From assembly GCA_020137815.1 (NCBI GenBank), contig CM035361.1, positions 2,480,001 to 2,544,000 on the forward strand: a stretch of DNA of 64,000 nucleotides, read 5' to 3'. A program made the position numbers and the translations under genes. Positions within the stretch are counted from its first letter, which is position 1, and each line of letters begins with the position of its first letter. Below are positions 1 to 13,000 of the stretch, piece by piece. The notes under the pieces were generated by a model. That model did not search any database and was not told the DNA's origin. It saw only the letters and a program-made list of their open reading frames with translations. Origin of the DNA: Hormiphora californensis. Taxonomy: Eukaryota > Animalia > Ctenophora.

Positions 1-3000
1 CAGTTTCACATTGTATGCTTTTACTAATCCATCCACACTGAAACGCAACTTGTTCAGTGCATCTCTTTACGACGTGTATTTGTAATACAGTGTACAGATC
101 ACCGTTAGTATACTGTATGAAGTTTTTAAGTTGTGATGTAGACAAATAAACTCAAATAATTACTGCTTAATCTGGTATGACTTACTTATCCGGGGTTAGC
201 ACACCATGTCCCTCCCAGCCGTGGTTTGATAACATGGTATTAATCTCTGAAGTCCTGTAGAGGTAACCATGGTAACTATGGTAACTATGAGAATTCATAT
301 CTCTTTACGAATAATTTAAATAAAACTAACCAGTTGTAAACTACAATGTAACTGCTGGAAGGCATCTTGTTGGCTGATCCAATCATCTCGATTATCGAAC
401 GGAACCTTTTACCAATACTTTTCTGAAAGATAGATCTGTTATTATAAAGTGTCATTGGCAAAGGAAGTCATTTCAAGGAAAACATTGTCGGCTGTCGCAT
501 AGTGCAGTGTCACACACATTGTCACAATATATCTCTTACATGGTATGCCTTGATGAACATCTGGATGACATTCCAAGATGGCGGAAAGCACTGTCTTAAC
601 CTCTCACTAATATCTCGTAAGTCTGCATTTAGAACCCGCTTTAGTTTCCCCGCAAACCGAGTCATCCACTGAGCGTCAACTGCCTTTTCTTTTTCTGCTT
701 CCCTCCATATTTCTAGTGAAAATGGTTGGAGTGGTTTTAGAGGGGGTTTTAGAGGGGGTTTTAGAGTGGTTTAGGGTGGTTTAGATCTATGTAGTATTTT
801 TCACGTACATACGCCAGAAAGGAGTTTAGGGGGGTGCGACATGTTAATTTTGTTAACTTTGTTAATATTAACATCGAGAAAACAGGTGATTTATTAACAA
901 AATTAACAAAAAGTTAACAAACGTTAACAAATGCCATTTATGCTATCTAAATCACCTTTAGCGCGTGTTTTTGGTATTTAACACTTGTTCTGCGAGCAAA
1001 GTTGTTCCTTTTGCACGATTTGCACACTCCTACTAACCTCTACTACGGCTTTTCTACAGCGATTTGTTCCATTGTGTAAATTTTTAAAAAAAACTAGCCA
1101 AACTAAACCGCAATTGAAGTCAATTGACCCTAATCCACCTTTTTTAAACCCTAAAAACTAATTAAGACTCATGAATTTACCATAAAACAAAAATATCCCA
1201 AAAATCAATTTTTCTAAAAAACACAAGGATTTGTAGCGAAGCAAATTTTCAATGTTTGACCAAAAAATTGATTTTGGAAATATTTTGTTTCTTTTTCCGA
1301 CAGAAACGTTGTACATCATCTTCTTTCGTTCAAAGAATCGATTATCGATGAAAAAATCACGTTAAAGTGAGATTTTATACGCTAAATTGAAATATTTGTA
1401 ACTTTTGGATTTTTCCGATTTTGAGCCAAAAAACATGTATGTCGGACTTTGGTTATCGGAAGAGGCCTTGTTTGGGTATATATGTGTTAGAAAAGTCATT
1501 AAACTATAAAATTAAACCAGTTAAAGTCGTATTATCAACCAATAAGAACAGTTTTTGCTGATTTGTTAACTTTGTTAATTTTGTTAATTAACGTTAATTA
1601 ACAAAATCGAAAAAAAGAGGTGATTTATTAACAATTAACATGTCGCCCCCCCCCCCCCCCCGGAGTTTATCATAACTATCATTTCAGTACCTGTTATGTG
1701 CATCTCCACCGCCTTCCCTATCACAATCTCAGCTTCAGATTTCCACTTTTTAGGTCGTGCAGGATACTTCCTGTTTAAAAGTGCAGGGTCCTGGAGAGCA
1801 GTAGTGTCCGCTAGACACGGTTTATCTCTGTTCTCCTCTGATAACAAGGGGTGTTAATTAGTGGTGCTGGTATCACTAAGTGATTGGCCCTGTGCGTAGG
1901 GTCCCCAACAGGGGTTCACGCCCATGGCAACCGCTCTTATCAAATCAATAAGGGTTATTACACAATTATTGTACAGTCAAGATGGTACGAAGTGGTTACA
2001 ACTTACCTCTCTCGATGATCCGGATGATAGAGACTAGTTTTGTGGTTGTACCACTACGTAATCGAGACAAAGATTCGCTAATCAACTGCCGAATTCTCTC
2101 CAGGAACATCTATAAATCAGGTGAAATGGTGACTTTATGAAGGAGCAAATCAGGTGCAAGATGTCAGTCAGTCACCATATCAATGTAGATTGCTAGAGAA
2201 CTCTACCTGATTCAAATCGCCCATTCCCGAGAAGAACTGGTCCACTTTTTGTCGTTTCATTTCGTCTACTGTATCGGTTAAAACCTGTAAGATATAACTC
2301 CATGTTTGATTTGTTTGATCTCATCCTTGATTAGGCGAGTAATTGAATGTTCGCCACATCCCAGTCCATATAATTTCATGGTCCGGATGAACTTCACACA
2401 AAACACTCGGGATTAATCTGAACACTGACCACTGTTTAATAATTCATTGTTTCCTGTTTCCTCTACAACTCACATTCCTGCAGATCCCCTCCCGACAGTC
2501 CTCAAGCGTCATAAAAATAGTGTGAGCTCCTAATAGATCATCCTGAGATTGATTTAAAATTAATAATATTACATAAACATACTGGGCTTGCTTGTCTTGT
2601 TCGATCCTCGAAAACAAGGGCACTGGGCAATGGGCATGCATTATGAATTTATGTTCAGGAACCGTTCACGAACTTGTTATTTAGGTCACGTGACTGGTTA
2701 TCAGCCAATCAGGGACCAGTATTTCCTGATTCGGTCGGTTCCTGGCATATTATCACCTGATTCAGCTTTGATTTAACAGCCTCAATGTCTTCCTTAAAAC
2801 TGTAGATGTTCTGTAGGTAGCGGTGTAGGAGGTCGTGCTGACGGTGAACTTTCCTTGTGTTTACTATGTCCTTCATATCATCTCCTGGGAGGTGAGGAGA
2901 GGATGGGAAACATTAGTTGGGGGTTAGAGGGAGGGTGAAGAGGTGTCATTGTGAAATGAAGAGGGGAGATCTAAGAAATATTAGGTGTTGGAGGGAGGGC

Positions 3001-4835
3001 TAAATAGGCGCATGATCTAGTGCCTGCGTCTTTCAATGATGATGTACAATTACCTAAGCTGTTATGAAGTTTGTCGTATTCATTATTTACAGTCACCATA
3101 CTTTCACTTATCTCTGTAGTTTCACGCAGCACCTTTTGTAGATTGAACAAACCAGTCCTGCAATACTCGATTAACAATGAGACGTCACTATATATGACAG
3201 ATAACTACTAACTAGACAGACAATTATACTTGATTATTGGTTAGTAATGCTCAACTAATGATCAACCAACTATAAGTGTTATACCTGACACCTCGAAGTT
3301 GAGCCTCGACAGCCTCCTTCAACCTCGTCTCTACCAGCTCCTTCTCCCTTTTCATCCTGTAGATATTCTGTTCCACCATCTCCAAACTTTTAGTGTCATT
3401 TAGCAGGTCTGCAACCTGTTGGGGGGGAGTAGTGTCATTTAGCAGGTCTGCAACATGTTAGGGGGGGGGGAGTTTAATTTAGCAGGTCTGCAACCTGTTA
3501 GGCGGGGGGGAGTTTAATTTAGCAGGTCTGCAACCTGTTAGGGGCGGGGGGGGGGGGGTTAGTGTCATTTAGCAGGTCTGCAACCTGTTAGGGGGGGGGG
3601 GGGGGGGGTAGTGTCATTTAGCAGGTCTGCAACCTGTTAGAGGGGGGGGGGGGTAGTGTCATTTAGCAGGTCTGCAACCTGTTAGGGGGGGGGGGGGTAG
3701 TGTCATTTAGTAGGTCACGGCAGGGTGGTGTAGTGGCTAGTACACTCGCCTCTCACGCACTAGGTCCCGGGTTCGATCCTGGTCTAGCGCATGTCGTCTA
3801 GCCGACCAAGCTATGATTGGTATTGGTAATGAAATTCCCCCTCTGCGCTAGCTCACGGAGGGGTAATAATATCGCTTGTACGGCGGGAAAAAAATTCCTG
3901 TGTCCAAACTACAAAACAGAAAGTTCTAATTTTTTGAACATACCGAGGAAATTGTCTGAGCTACCATTACATACCGGAATTTTTCAATATTTTGGCCATT
4001 AACACTGTTTTTGTTTTTGGAAAACTATGAAGATGCTGGAATTTGGCTACAAAAACCTTCAGAAATGTGCAAAATGCCATTCCAAAGGTATTAGAGGTAG
4101 ATTCATTGATAACTAAGCTATAGTCGAGTCAGAAAAAATTCCACAAGATTGGAATTTTATGCCCATATAAGGAGTTATGCGACACACCTCTGTTGTTAAA
4201 CATGTGGTGTAATCGCTACCGGTCGTTACTTTCTGTAGAATTCAGGTCCTGGTTACTATACAAACTAGTACCATACGTTTTAGATAGGTTTTAGACAAGT
4301 TTTCGATAACTTTTTATGAGAAGGTCCCGTAAATTTTCATTTTTAGGTAGGCGGTATTGTCACCCCTATATGCAATAATAGGGGTGACTTCGTAACCAAT
4401 GATTGGTAGGGGCTCTCTTGAGAGACCCGAGAGCAACACGAGGGCGTATGTTGTGGGGTAGCGCCTGACTACGCTGCAGAGAAATCTGTACCGGAAGGAC
4501 CGTGGCTGACGCGATTGAAAGGGATATCAGCACCCCCTGCAATGGATTTATCCTAGCTGGCCTGCTTTGCTTTGCAACCTGTTAGAGGGGGGGGGGGGTA
4601 GTGTCATTTAGCAGGTCTGCAACCTGTTAGGGGGGGGGGGGAGTTTAATTTAGCAGGTCTGCAACCTGTTAGGGGGGGGGGGGGTAGTGTCATTTAGCAG
4701 GTCTGCAACCTGTTAGAGGGGGGGGGGGGGCTTGTATAGGATACACATTACACACAGATGATAGGGACCTACCTCATTTACAGCTTCCTCGAACGCGTAT
4801 GCCTCCCTATTATCCAATGCTACTGATTCAGTCAT
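1..4835 (-). CDS. EXOC3: Exocyst complex component 3 (Sec6), multi-exon, 3' part beyond the left edge
   Basis: Spliced exons (4835-4773, 3415-3285, 3156-3054, ~2884-2756, ~2533-2473, ~1838-1692, ~711-540 and others) give MTESVALDNREAYAFEEAVNEVADLLND...LVETRLKEAVEAQLRGVRTGL...DLLGAHTIFMTLEDCRE...PARPKKWK...QCFPPSWNVIQMFIKAYH, colinear with the Sec6/EXOC3 N-terminal half. Confidence 0.9.
829..1661. mobile_element. Non-autonomous TIR DNA element, G-run/C-run ends, 8-bp TSD
   Basis: TIR gcgacatgttaatt at both ends; TSD ggagttta at 821-828 and 1662-1669; subterminal ttaacaa repeats; lies in an EXOC3 intron. Confidence 0.75.
1858..1948. repeat. Dispersed ~90-bp repeat (second copy ~57566-57658)
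   Basis: gtgctggtatcactaagtgattggccctgtgcgtagggtccccaacaggggttcacgcccatggcaaccgctcttatcaaa is identical at both sites, both intronic. Confidence 0.8.
2656..2744 (+). mobile_element. hAT-like MITE (CAGGAACCGAC family), internally deleted copy
   Basis: Same core as the copies at ~14019-14104, 39146-39254 and 46280-46388. Confidence 0.75.
3717..4572 (+). mobile_element. tRNA-derived SINE (~270 bp after removing the nested MITE)
   Basis: A box tggtgtagtgg, B box ggttcgatcct in a tRNA-like head; 3' (tttgc)n tail; splits one minisatellite unit between aggtc and tgcaacc. Confidence 0.7.
3823..4399. mobile_element. TTGG...CCAA element with 9-bp TSD, nested in the SINE
   Basis: TSD tgattggta at 3814-3822 and 4400-4408; imperfect TIR ttggtaatgaaattccccct / aggggtgacttcgtaaccaa; a 57-bp version sits at 51806-51862. 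Confidence 0.8.
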
Positions 4836-5092
4836 CCTGCCTGCAGTTGTAGTGTTGTAGTCCCCAGCTGATTCACCTCACCTACAGCACCATGCTACAT
4901 GCTAAACAATGAATGTGTTTCTTATTAGTTAAACTGTCATTAATGGGATGATAGAAAGACCCAAGTTATAACACACAGTGTTCGTGGAATCCGGTAAAAA
5001 CAAAGATCAATCTTCCCAGATCCTGTTTACCGTCTGTTGTCAATGGCAACTCATGATCTCATTACAGACACGCGTGTCATATAATATATTTG

Positions 5093-5776
5093 CAGGGCCC
5101 ACGACACCGGGGGGGGGGGGGGGGGCCAGGGGGGGCCGGGCCCCCCTGGGATTTACCAAACATGGGAATTTTATTGAAATATTTCGTAGAGAATGTAAAA
5201 AATGCATGAAAATCAGTTGAAATTCTAAATTTTCGGGGGCTACGCCCCCTCCAAGGCATATATATACAGGTTCTACGTGCCTCAAATGAGTGAAAATCGG
5301 TTAAAAAGTCTAAATTTTTACCCCTTGACCCCATTAGGAGCCTGCAGCCTCCAAACCCCCTGCCACTGCTCCTCCGGCGCCCCCTTCAAGACATACAGGT
5401 TCTACGTAAACAGAAAGAAGGTGGAGATGGACTTCTAAATGCCTAAAATGTGTGCAAATCGGATAAAAAGTCTAAAATTTTTCCGGGGGCTTCGCCCCCT
5501 AGACCCCATAGGGAGCCTGAGGCCTCCAAACCCCCTGTCACTGCTCCTCCGGCGCCCCCTTCGAGACATACAGGTTCTACGTAAACAGAAAGAAGGTGGA
5601 GATGGACTTCTAAATGCCTAAAATGAGTAAAAATCGTCTAAAATTTTTCCGGGGGCTTCGCCCCCTAGACCCCATTGGGGGCCTGCGGCCCCCAAACCCC
5701 CTGTCGCGTGCGCATCTCAAAAATTCCGGTGCTCCACACCGGCCCCCCCTGGAAAAATTCCGTGTCGTGGGCCCTG
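5093..5776. mobile_element. Non-autonomous DNA transposon with CAGGGCCCACGACAC TIRs
   Basis: 15-bp TIR at both ends; apparent 5-bp TSD atttg; internal ~175-bp direct repeats. Confidence 0.75.
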
Positions 5777-6360
5777 ATTTGCTAGCTGTATATACTACAC
5801 TTTCGATTTGCTTTTGTTAGAAAGTTTAGTAAGGCTAGTCAGAGGGAATTTACTGTGTGAAATAGTTTTTATATTGGATGATGTAATAGAATAGAGTGTT
5901 GATCTTATAAAATAAGCGGAATGCAAAAGTAGCCGTTTTCGCCACTATAATTTAACGTTATGAATAGAATAATCGATGTCATGACACCGTCATGCACAAA
6001 AGTAATAATTTTTGGGAAAGCATCTCTAAAGCAAATCTGCCATATATTACTCTTTCTTCTCCTTCCCTATTATTCTTAACCCCCGAATTATTTATTCTCC
6101 TCAGTCCCCTATCATTGTTACATTATACAAGAGATCTTTGAATCTTTGTTCTATCACCCTGAGCCCTGAATTTACCGTGATATGCTTGCATGACATTCGG
6201 TCACAGTTTATATCGCTCCACCACGGACCCCGTTTACATGATTGGCTCATTACATGTACCTTTACATCACAGGTCTGCCAATTGAAGTGGTCCTGATCTG
6301 GAACCACCTTTGTGTGTGATCTGTCTATAGAACCAATCAGTGATTGAATTTGGTGACATT

Positions 6361-6744
6361 GACGAGATCGAGCTCGCACATAGGTGTCCGCTCCGCCCCC
6401 TAAAAAAGGGTCGTGTCTTTCAAGCCAAATTGCACGTGATCCACTGGACCGATTTGCATCCGATTTGTCGCAAAAGACTACAAATTGGTCCTAGTTTACT
6501 GGAAAATACCCGAGAAGTTTGTCTGTCAACAGGAAGTGGGTCAAAATTGACACTGAAGTCAAATCTATAATCTTCTTGTTGACAGACAAACTTCTCGGGT
6601 ATTTTCCAGTATATTAGGATCATTTGTAGTCTTTTGCGACAAACCGGATGCAAATCGGTCCAGTGGATCGCGTGCAACATCCCTTGAAAGAAACGACCCT
6701 TTTTGAGGCGGAGCAGACACCTGTGTGTGAGCTCAATCTTGGTC
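6361..6744. mobile_element. Foldback/palindromic MITE
   Basis: Left arm (gagctcgcacataggtgtcc...gtctgtcaacaggaag) is the approximate reverse complement of the right arm. Confidence 0.65.
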
Positions 6745-7011
6745 GCGCACGGTGTCTATGTCACCAATGATTGAATCACCCCCTGTTTTGAACCTTCTTT
6801 GTCAGAATTGTCACGATGATTGGCTGACACAATTCTGAATGAAGCACCATTACCATGGTGATTACAGCACAATTCTGTCAGTTCCATCATTGTTTGCTTT
6901 TGATACGCTTCAATTAGTGCTCTTAGCCTCTGTTGTGTGCCTTGGCAGTTTCTCACGGTGTGTCAACACGTAATTAGGGTCACAATAATAATTATTGTCA
7001 CACATTTTAGT

Positions 7012-10000
7012 ATGAAAATAGCGTTTACAGCATACTTAGTGCTGATAGCCGCGACATGGGTTGCGGTATCGTCCAACACTGCTCCTGGGGAGGACCTAAC
7101 TAGAGATTCTCCTAGCAGTAAGTACAATATACCCAGATTTGTATAACAGTAGGGTAATTTATTTATCTATATGAGGTAAAACACTGTAAAATGACGTACT
7201 GATTTTGATACTTGGGTGTTAGTTTGAATATTTTTAGAAATGCTAGAAATATTTCTCTCATTCTAGACCCGGCGCACAAAAAGCAACAAAAAGGGAAGAA
7301 CTTGATAGATAGAAAGCAGAATTTAATGGGTGGAGCACCACCGGAAGTTCACCAGCCAGGGAAGAAACTTACTAACCAACAGGAGCCAGGAAGCGAGGAA
7401 GAAGAGAAATTTACCAAGATCTACTATGGAGAAGAGGCCACCCCGGGGCAGTTCCCCTTCATGGTAAGATGAAGCTCGACCATAGAACCGGGCTGGAGGG
7501 GGGGGGGGGGCACTTCCCACACAACTCCCATATAACCGGGCTGGAGTGGGGGGATAGACCGGGAATAGCGGTCCAGCCATATACAATATATTTTTTCTTT
7601 AGGCCAAGCTATTCTCTGGAGTTGCGTATTCTAATGGGGAACCAAGTTGGGGCTACTCCTGTGGGGCTTCCATCATTGGAGACAGGTAGGTGCCGGTGGG
7701 TTCTCTACCAAAGATCCGCCTGATATAATAAGTTGCAATGGAGATAAATCAGATACTGTAAACGTTGATATTTCCGCGGGTGAAAATTTCCGTGGATTCA
7801 TGATTTTTAACATGTTTCACGGTGAGAATTTTTTAAGTTTAGGGAAGAGAGAAGACCCCCTGATCTCTTCCCTAAACTTAAAACTACTGTTTAAAAACTA
7901 ATCTCCCAAAAAAGTTTCACGGTCAAAAGTTTCACGGTTTTTCAATCCCGAAAAAAAAACGCGAAAATAAATGCACCGCAAAAAATAACGACGTTTACAG
8001 TTATCATAACACACTGGCTACTATAACACCCTCTCTCTCACTCTAGGTGGATTCTGACTGCCGCTCATTGCGTGTGTGGAGATGACCCGGCTCGTGAGGT
8101 CTTTGACCCCCGTGATATCCGAGTTTATCTTGGTGAACACGATCAGTGGGACCCTAACGACAACTTCCCTGCCAAGCACGTGGCAGCCATCCACGTGCAC
8201 CCCGGGTACAATGATTGGGATTCAACCAGCGGCATGACATTTGATAACGATATTGCCATTCTGTACCTTACTGAGGCCATTGAATTTAATGAACGACAGC
8301 AACCAATTGCGCTGGCCTACCCTGATGACCCAGCTTATAACGGAAATGTAGATGCCATCGTTGCAGGGTGGGGTCTCACCCATGATGACAGTATATCTAC
8401 CCTCCAGTACCTGAATACCACCATTGCAACCTTTGCTGCGTGCAACTCTTACTGGAATGGCGGCGGAATGATCAGTGAGAACATGATCTGTGATAGAGCT
8501 GAGAAGGGCACATCTTTCAGTGGTGATAGTGGTGGTCCACTGTTTAGGATGACCAGTGATGGGTGGGTCCAGTACGGTGCTGTCAGCTGGGGCTCAACTG
8601 ACCCCGAGGCAAACGCCTACAGTGTGAACAACAAGGTGGCTAACTACAGAAATTGGATTTATGGACTAATGAAGGAAGACCCTACTGCTGGTACTTTCGT
8701 TTACGAGACATCATCAACCAACTACACTGGCTGGGCCGGACCTTTCACCATCAACCGATGGGACAACCACCTCATTACGATCACACCACCCAGCAAATCT
8801 GAGTTCATCATGGCTGCTATTGGTGTGTTTTCTATGGAGGTAAACTCTAACATCTACGTGTCTCAAGGAAGTACCTTCTCCGACTCTAAAATGCTCGCAC
8901 AGCTGACCCAGGGTAATGTGACGGGTGGTAACCACTACTTCTACACCAGCGAGCCCGGTAACTGCATTTTCCTTTGGACCCGAGCTGGAGACGACTACTC
9001 CGTCTCCAATGGGGTGTTTGGTAACTACACTTTCAGGGCACAACCCGCTACCAACTCTGGGGATGGGGACTTGCAGTGTGGAGCTGGATTCTGGGCATGC
9101 CCGGACAAGTCCAAGTGTCTGTATAACGATCAGAAGTGTGATGGAAGTCAGAATTGTTTCGATGGATCTGATGAGAGTACACAAGCGTGCAGTGATGATG
9201 GTGATAATGATGGTGATAATGATGGTGGAAACGGAAATGACACTGTTGTCGATGGAGATACCTTCAAGGTGGATGAAAATACTGGCAATTTCAAATTCAA
9301 CTGGACGGTCAAGGAACAAGGCCTGGCAATTGAATGGGGAGGTATTGGATTTGTTTCATGGAGCATCAATAAATATGGTACTGAATACGATGACGCGGTT
9401 GATATTACAGTAATTAACCGTCACGAGGGACTGTACCTGTACATGGAGTCATGTCTTGATGGGTACATCTTCGTCAACTGGCCCAACTCAAAGAGGCTAA
9501 AGCACACACAACTTAACTGGCACGAGAGGTACATGTCTATCACAGACGGTAACGGTACTGCATTCTTCAACCAAATCTATGGCGCCAAGGAGATGTATTC
9601 GGAGTGTATGGGAGTGGTTGGTGCAAGTAAATCCACCTTTGGAACCTTCTATTCAACTAACACTACCGCCACTCTGACAGTCCTGGACAAGAGCGAGGAG
9701 GATATGTGGAAGGAGCCAGATAGGGAGGTCAGCCCTAACGAGGATTATTCTATGTTCAAGAACAAGCCGTGGCAGAGTTCCAATTATTTCGATGTCCCTG
9801 CAAACACTACTGCCCAGATTTTCGGAGAGGATGACTTCTATGTTTATGGATCTATCTACGTGGATGGAGAGGAGTATGACTTGATTTTTGAAACTGAGGC
9901 ATGGTACTACCAGACAAATTACACCATCCTATTCCGATTTGGGCCTTGTAACCCCGTTATGATAATGGTTGATAAACCAAGGTCAATGGACCACCAGTAT

Positions 10001-13000
10001 GCACTGGACTTCAGGAGGGACTCTACCGGAACCGTTATCCTCATTCTCCGGTGGTACGGACAGGAGGTACACAGGGTGGTTCCTCTTGGCAATTACCAAT
10101 GTCGCAAGGCGCTCAAGAGTTGTCATGAGAACGGTTATAGCGCATCCCTCGGAGGGGAAATGTACCGGCTACTTTCAGAGGATGATGAGCCTGATACTGG
10201 GAAATACGAGTTTGATAATAACGAGGAATGGTCAGGTGAGTGCACAAACCTGAATTATATAGTCATTAGAACCTAATTACTAATTACAATTATTGTGAGT
10301 GCACTAACCTCTCCCTAATTAATAATTAGAGCCTCTCCCCAATTACTAATTAGAACCTCTACCTAATTACTAATTAGAGCCTCTCCCTAATTACTAATTA
10401 GAACCTCTACCTAAGTACTAATTAGAAACTCTACCTAATTACTAATTAGAACCTCTAACTAATTACTAATTAGAGCCTCTACATAATTACTAATTTGAGC
10501 CTCTCCCTAATTACTAATTAGAACCTCTACCTAATTACTAATTAGAAACTCTACCTAAGTACTAATTAGAACCTCTACCTAATTACTAATTAGAACCTCT
10601 ACCTAATTACTAATTACTCTCCCAAGGTATGTGGGATGTGACAAGTCAAAGTTTGATGGTCACATTTGATTACCTGAAATATGTTATCGCCAATGGAACA
10701 GATTACGCTGCACTGGACGCTATCATTGCTGGCAAGGAGCAAATTACAGATGGTCGTGGAGAAAAGTAAGTGTGCAAAATTGCAAATGTAAAGGAGGGTT
10801 AGAACATAACAAACTCACAGTATGCATTTAATTAATTAACTAATCATCTATAATCATCTAAATAGATAACGTTGTGTTGGGACTGTCAGAATGTCAGGAC
10901 CCATACTACAATAGCTTCAAGATGGACCATAGCAACAACAACGATACCTTGATCCTTTCTCTTTATCCCGATCGATTCCAGGTACTGTACACTTCGCATT
11001 GTTTACCTTTAATATCAACAAAGGAAAACACGAGCTATTTTGGCACTGGAAATTAGTTTACCTTGTGTTGCAATTCCTTGAATACAACCGAAATTAACAT
11101 TTTATTGTTTAGCTGAGACGAGGAGAATATGGTAAAGTGATGTATGAACTAAAGTTCTCTGATGGCAAAAAATACGGATGTTTCCCCGACTACAAGGGGT
11201 TGGAGGGAGCTGTCGTGTGAGTAACACATATTACTGTTCTTAATTGAATGTTAGTACTGCAAAATCGTTGTTTCTCTATAATTGACATTACCACGGATAA
11301 ATATCTGCATCATCTCTATTACTAGCGCACCCATTGGGTGCGCCTCAAGTAAGGGCTTTTTCAATAACCCACCCGGCTTCGCCGGGTGGTTCTTTTCGCC
11401 CCTTTCAACGTCAATAACACGGTTGCCATGGCAACTAAATTGGTAACTATGGGGACTGGCATGTTAAAAGGCATTCGAAAATATTAATAAACTTCCACTG
11501 GAAGTTCCAAAACTGTGAGTAACAGCTTTACAGCTTTGGGCACATAGAGTGTTTTATGAAGGAGCAGTCTGTCGCTTAGATACCGCTTAACGAACGACCA
11601 CCACTTCGACGTTCATCTCCAAATTATAATAGAGATAATTTGAAGATGTCGCGTCGAAGTGATGGCCGTTCGTTAGGCGGTATCTAAGCGACAGGCTGCT
11701 CCTTCATAAAACACTTTATATGCCCAAAGCTGTAAAGCTGTTGCTCACACTTTTGGAACTTCCAGTGGAAGTTTGTTGATATTTTCGAATGAATTTTAAC
11801 ATGTCAGTCTTCATGGTTACCGATACAGTTGCCATGGCAACCGTGTTATTGACGTTCAAAGGGGCGAAAAGAACCATCCGGCGAAGCCGGGTGGGTTATC
11901 AAAAAACCCTTACTTGAGGCGCACCCAATGGGTGCGCTAGTATGACATGGTTATATAATTGAATTTTCCAGGTCCTTCTACGCTTACGCTAAGTATGGTG
12001 GAAGTGTGTTAACAATTGATCGACTTCCAGTTGGTAAGTAAACCGGTGCAGCTAGATCTACTACCCTAATTCAGTGGCTAGATCTACTACCCTAATTCAG
12101 ATATCGTAGAGTACTACTACATAGTACCTATAAACACATTATATGAGCTAGTACTTATTACTAGCGAAACAATTGTCATTTCATAAACTCGTGTACCTAA
12201 CACATGTAACCGTCTGTACTCGGTATTCTAAATATATTAACCCTGTCTGTGCAGGTAAATACTACCCGGATTCTGATATTTCTGAGGACCAAGAGTATGA
12301 TGAGAGTACCCCGTGGAGCAAAGTTTCTGCACAGACTTACAAAACCCTACCAGCCAGCAACGGACGATCCTTCCAGACCATCTTTAACACGGTAAAATCT
12401 CTATTATAATTTGGAGATGAACGTCGAAGTCGTTCGTTAGGCGGTATCTAAGCGACAGACTGCTCCTTCATAAAACACTCTACATGTGCCCACTTTTGGA
12501 ACTTCCGGTGGAAGTTTGTTGATATTTTCGAATGACTTTTAACATGCCAGTCCCCATAGTTACCAATTCAGTTGCCATGGCAACCGTGTTATTGACGTTG
12601 AAAGGGCCGAAAAGAACCACCCGGCGAAGCTGGGTTGGTTATCAAAAAGCCCTTACTTGAGGCGCACCCAATGGGTGCGCTAGTAGTGTAAAATTATTGA
12701 ACTACATACTTCTAATGTGCTCCAGTAAGGTCAAAAAAACCTTGTGAGGGCGTGTGCACAATTGACCAAATGTTTCACCAAATGTTTTACAGTATGATGA
12801 TTCGACAACGTACTTTGGCCCAACTGATAACTCCGGTACTTACGTCTCGAGTGGTGTTATTCAAGTATATTACAATGGTACTACAAAGGACAAGATCAGT
12901 ATCAACACCTGGTGTTCTGCGGCGGCCTTGTTCCGAACATTCACTATCCCAGAGGATGCGATGAGGGCCGATGGGAAACTGATTTTCAGCTTGGATGTTG

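Larger units (their letters stand above)
3391..4730 (-). repeat. Tandem array of the EXOC3 intron1/exon2 junction, interrupted by a SINE
   Basis: About 11 units of tagtgtcatttagcaggtctgcaacctgttag(G)n (3391-3716 and 4573-4730); on the minus strand each is a C-tract + ctaacag|GTTGCAGACCTGCTAAA, the true acceptor plus up to 25 exonic nt. Confidence 0.9.

Noticed and set aside
3719-3790. tRNA gene
   Set aside because: Has A/B boxes but no proper acceptor stem, and continues into a body and simple-repeat tail; called a SINE head
8714-9413. Overlapping 201-aa and 162-aa ORFs
   Set aside because: Shadow frames of the protease exon
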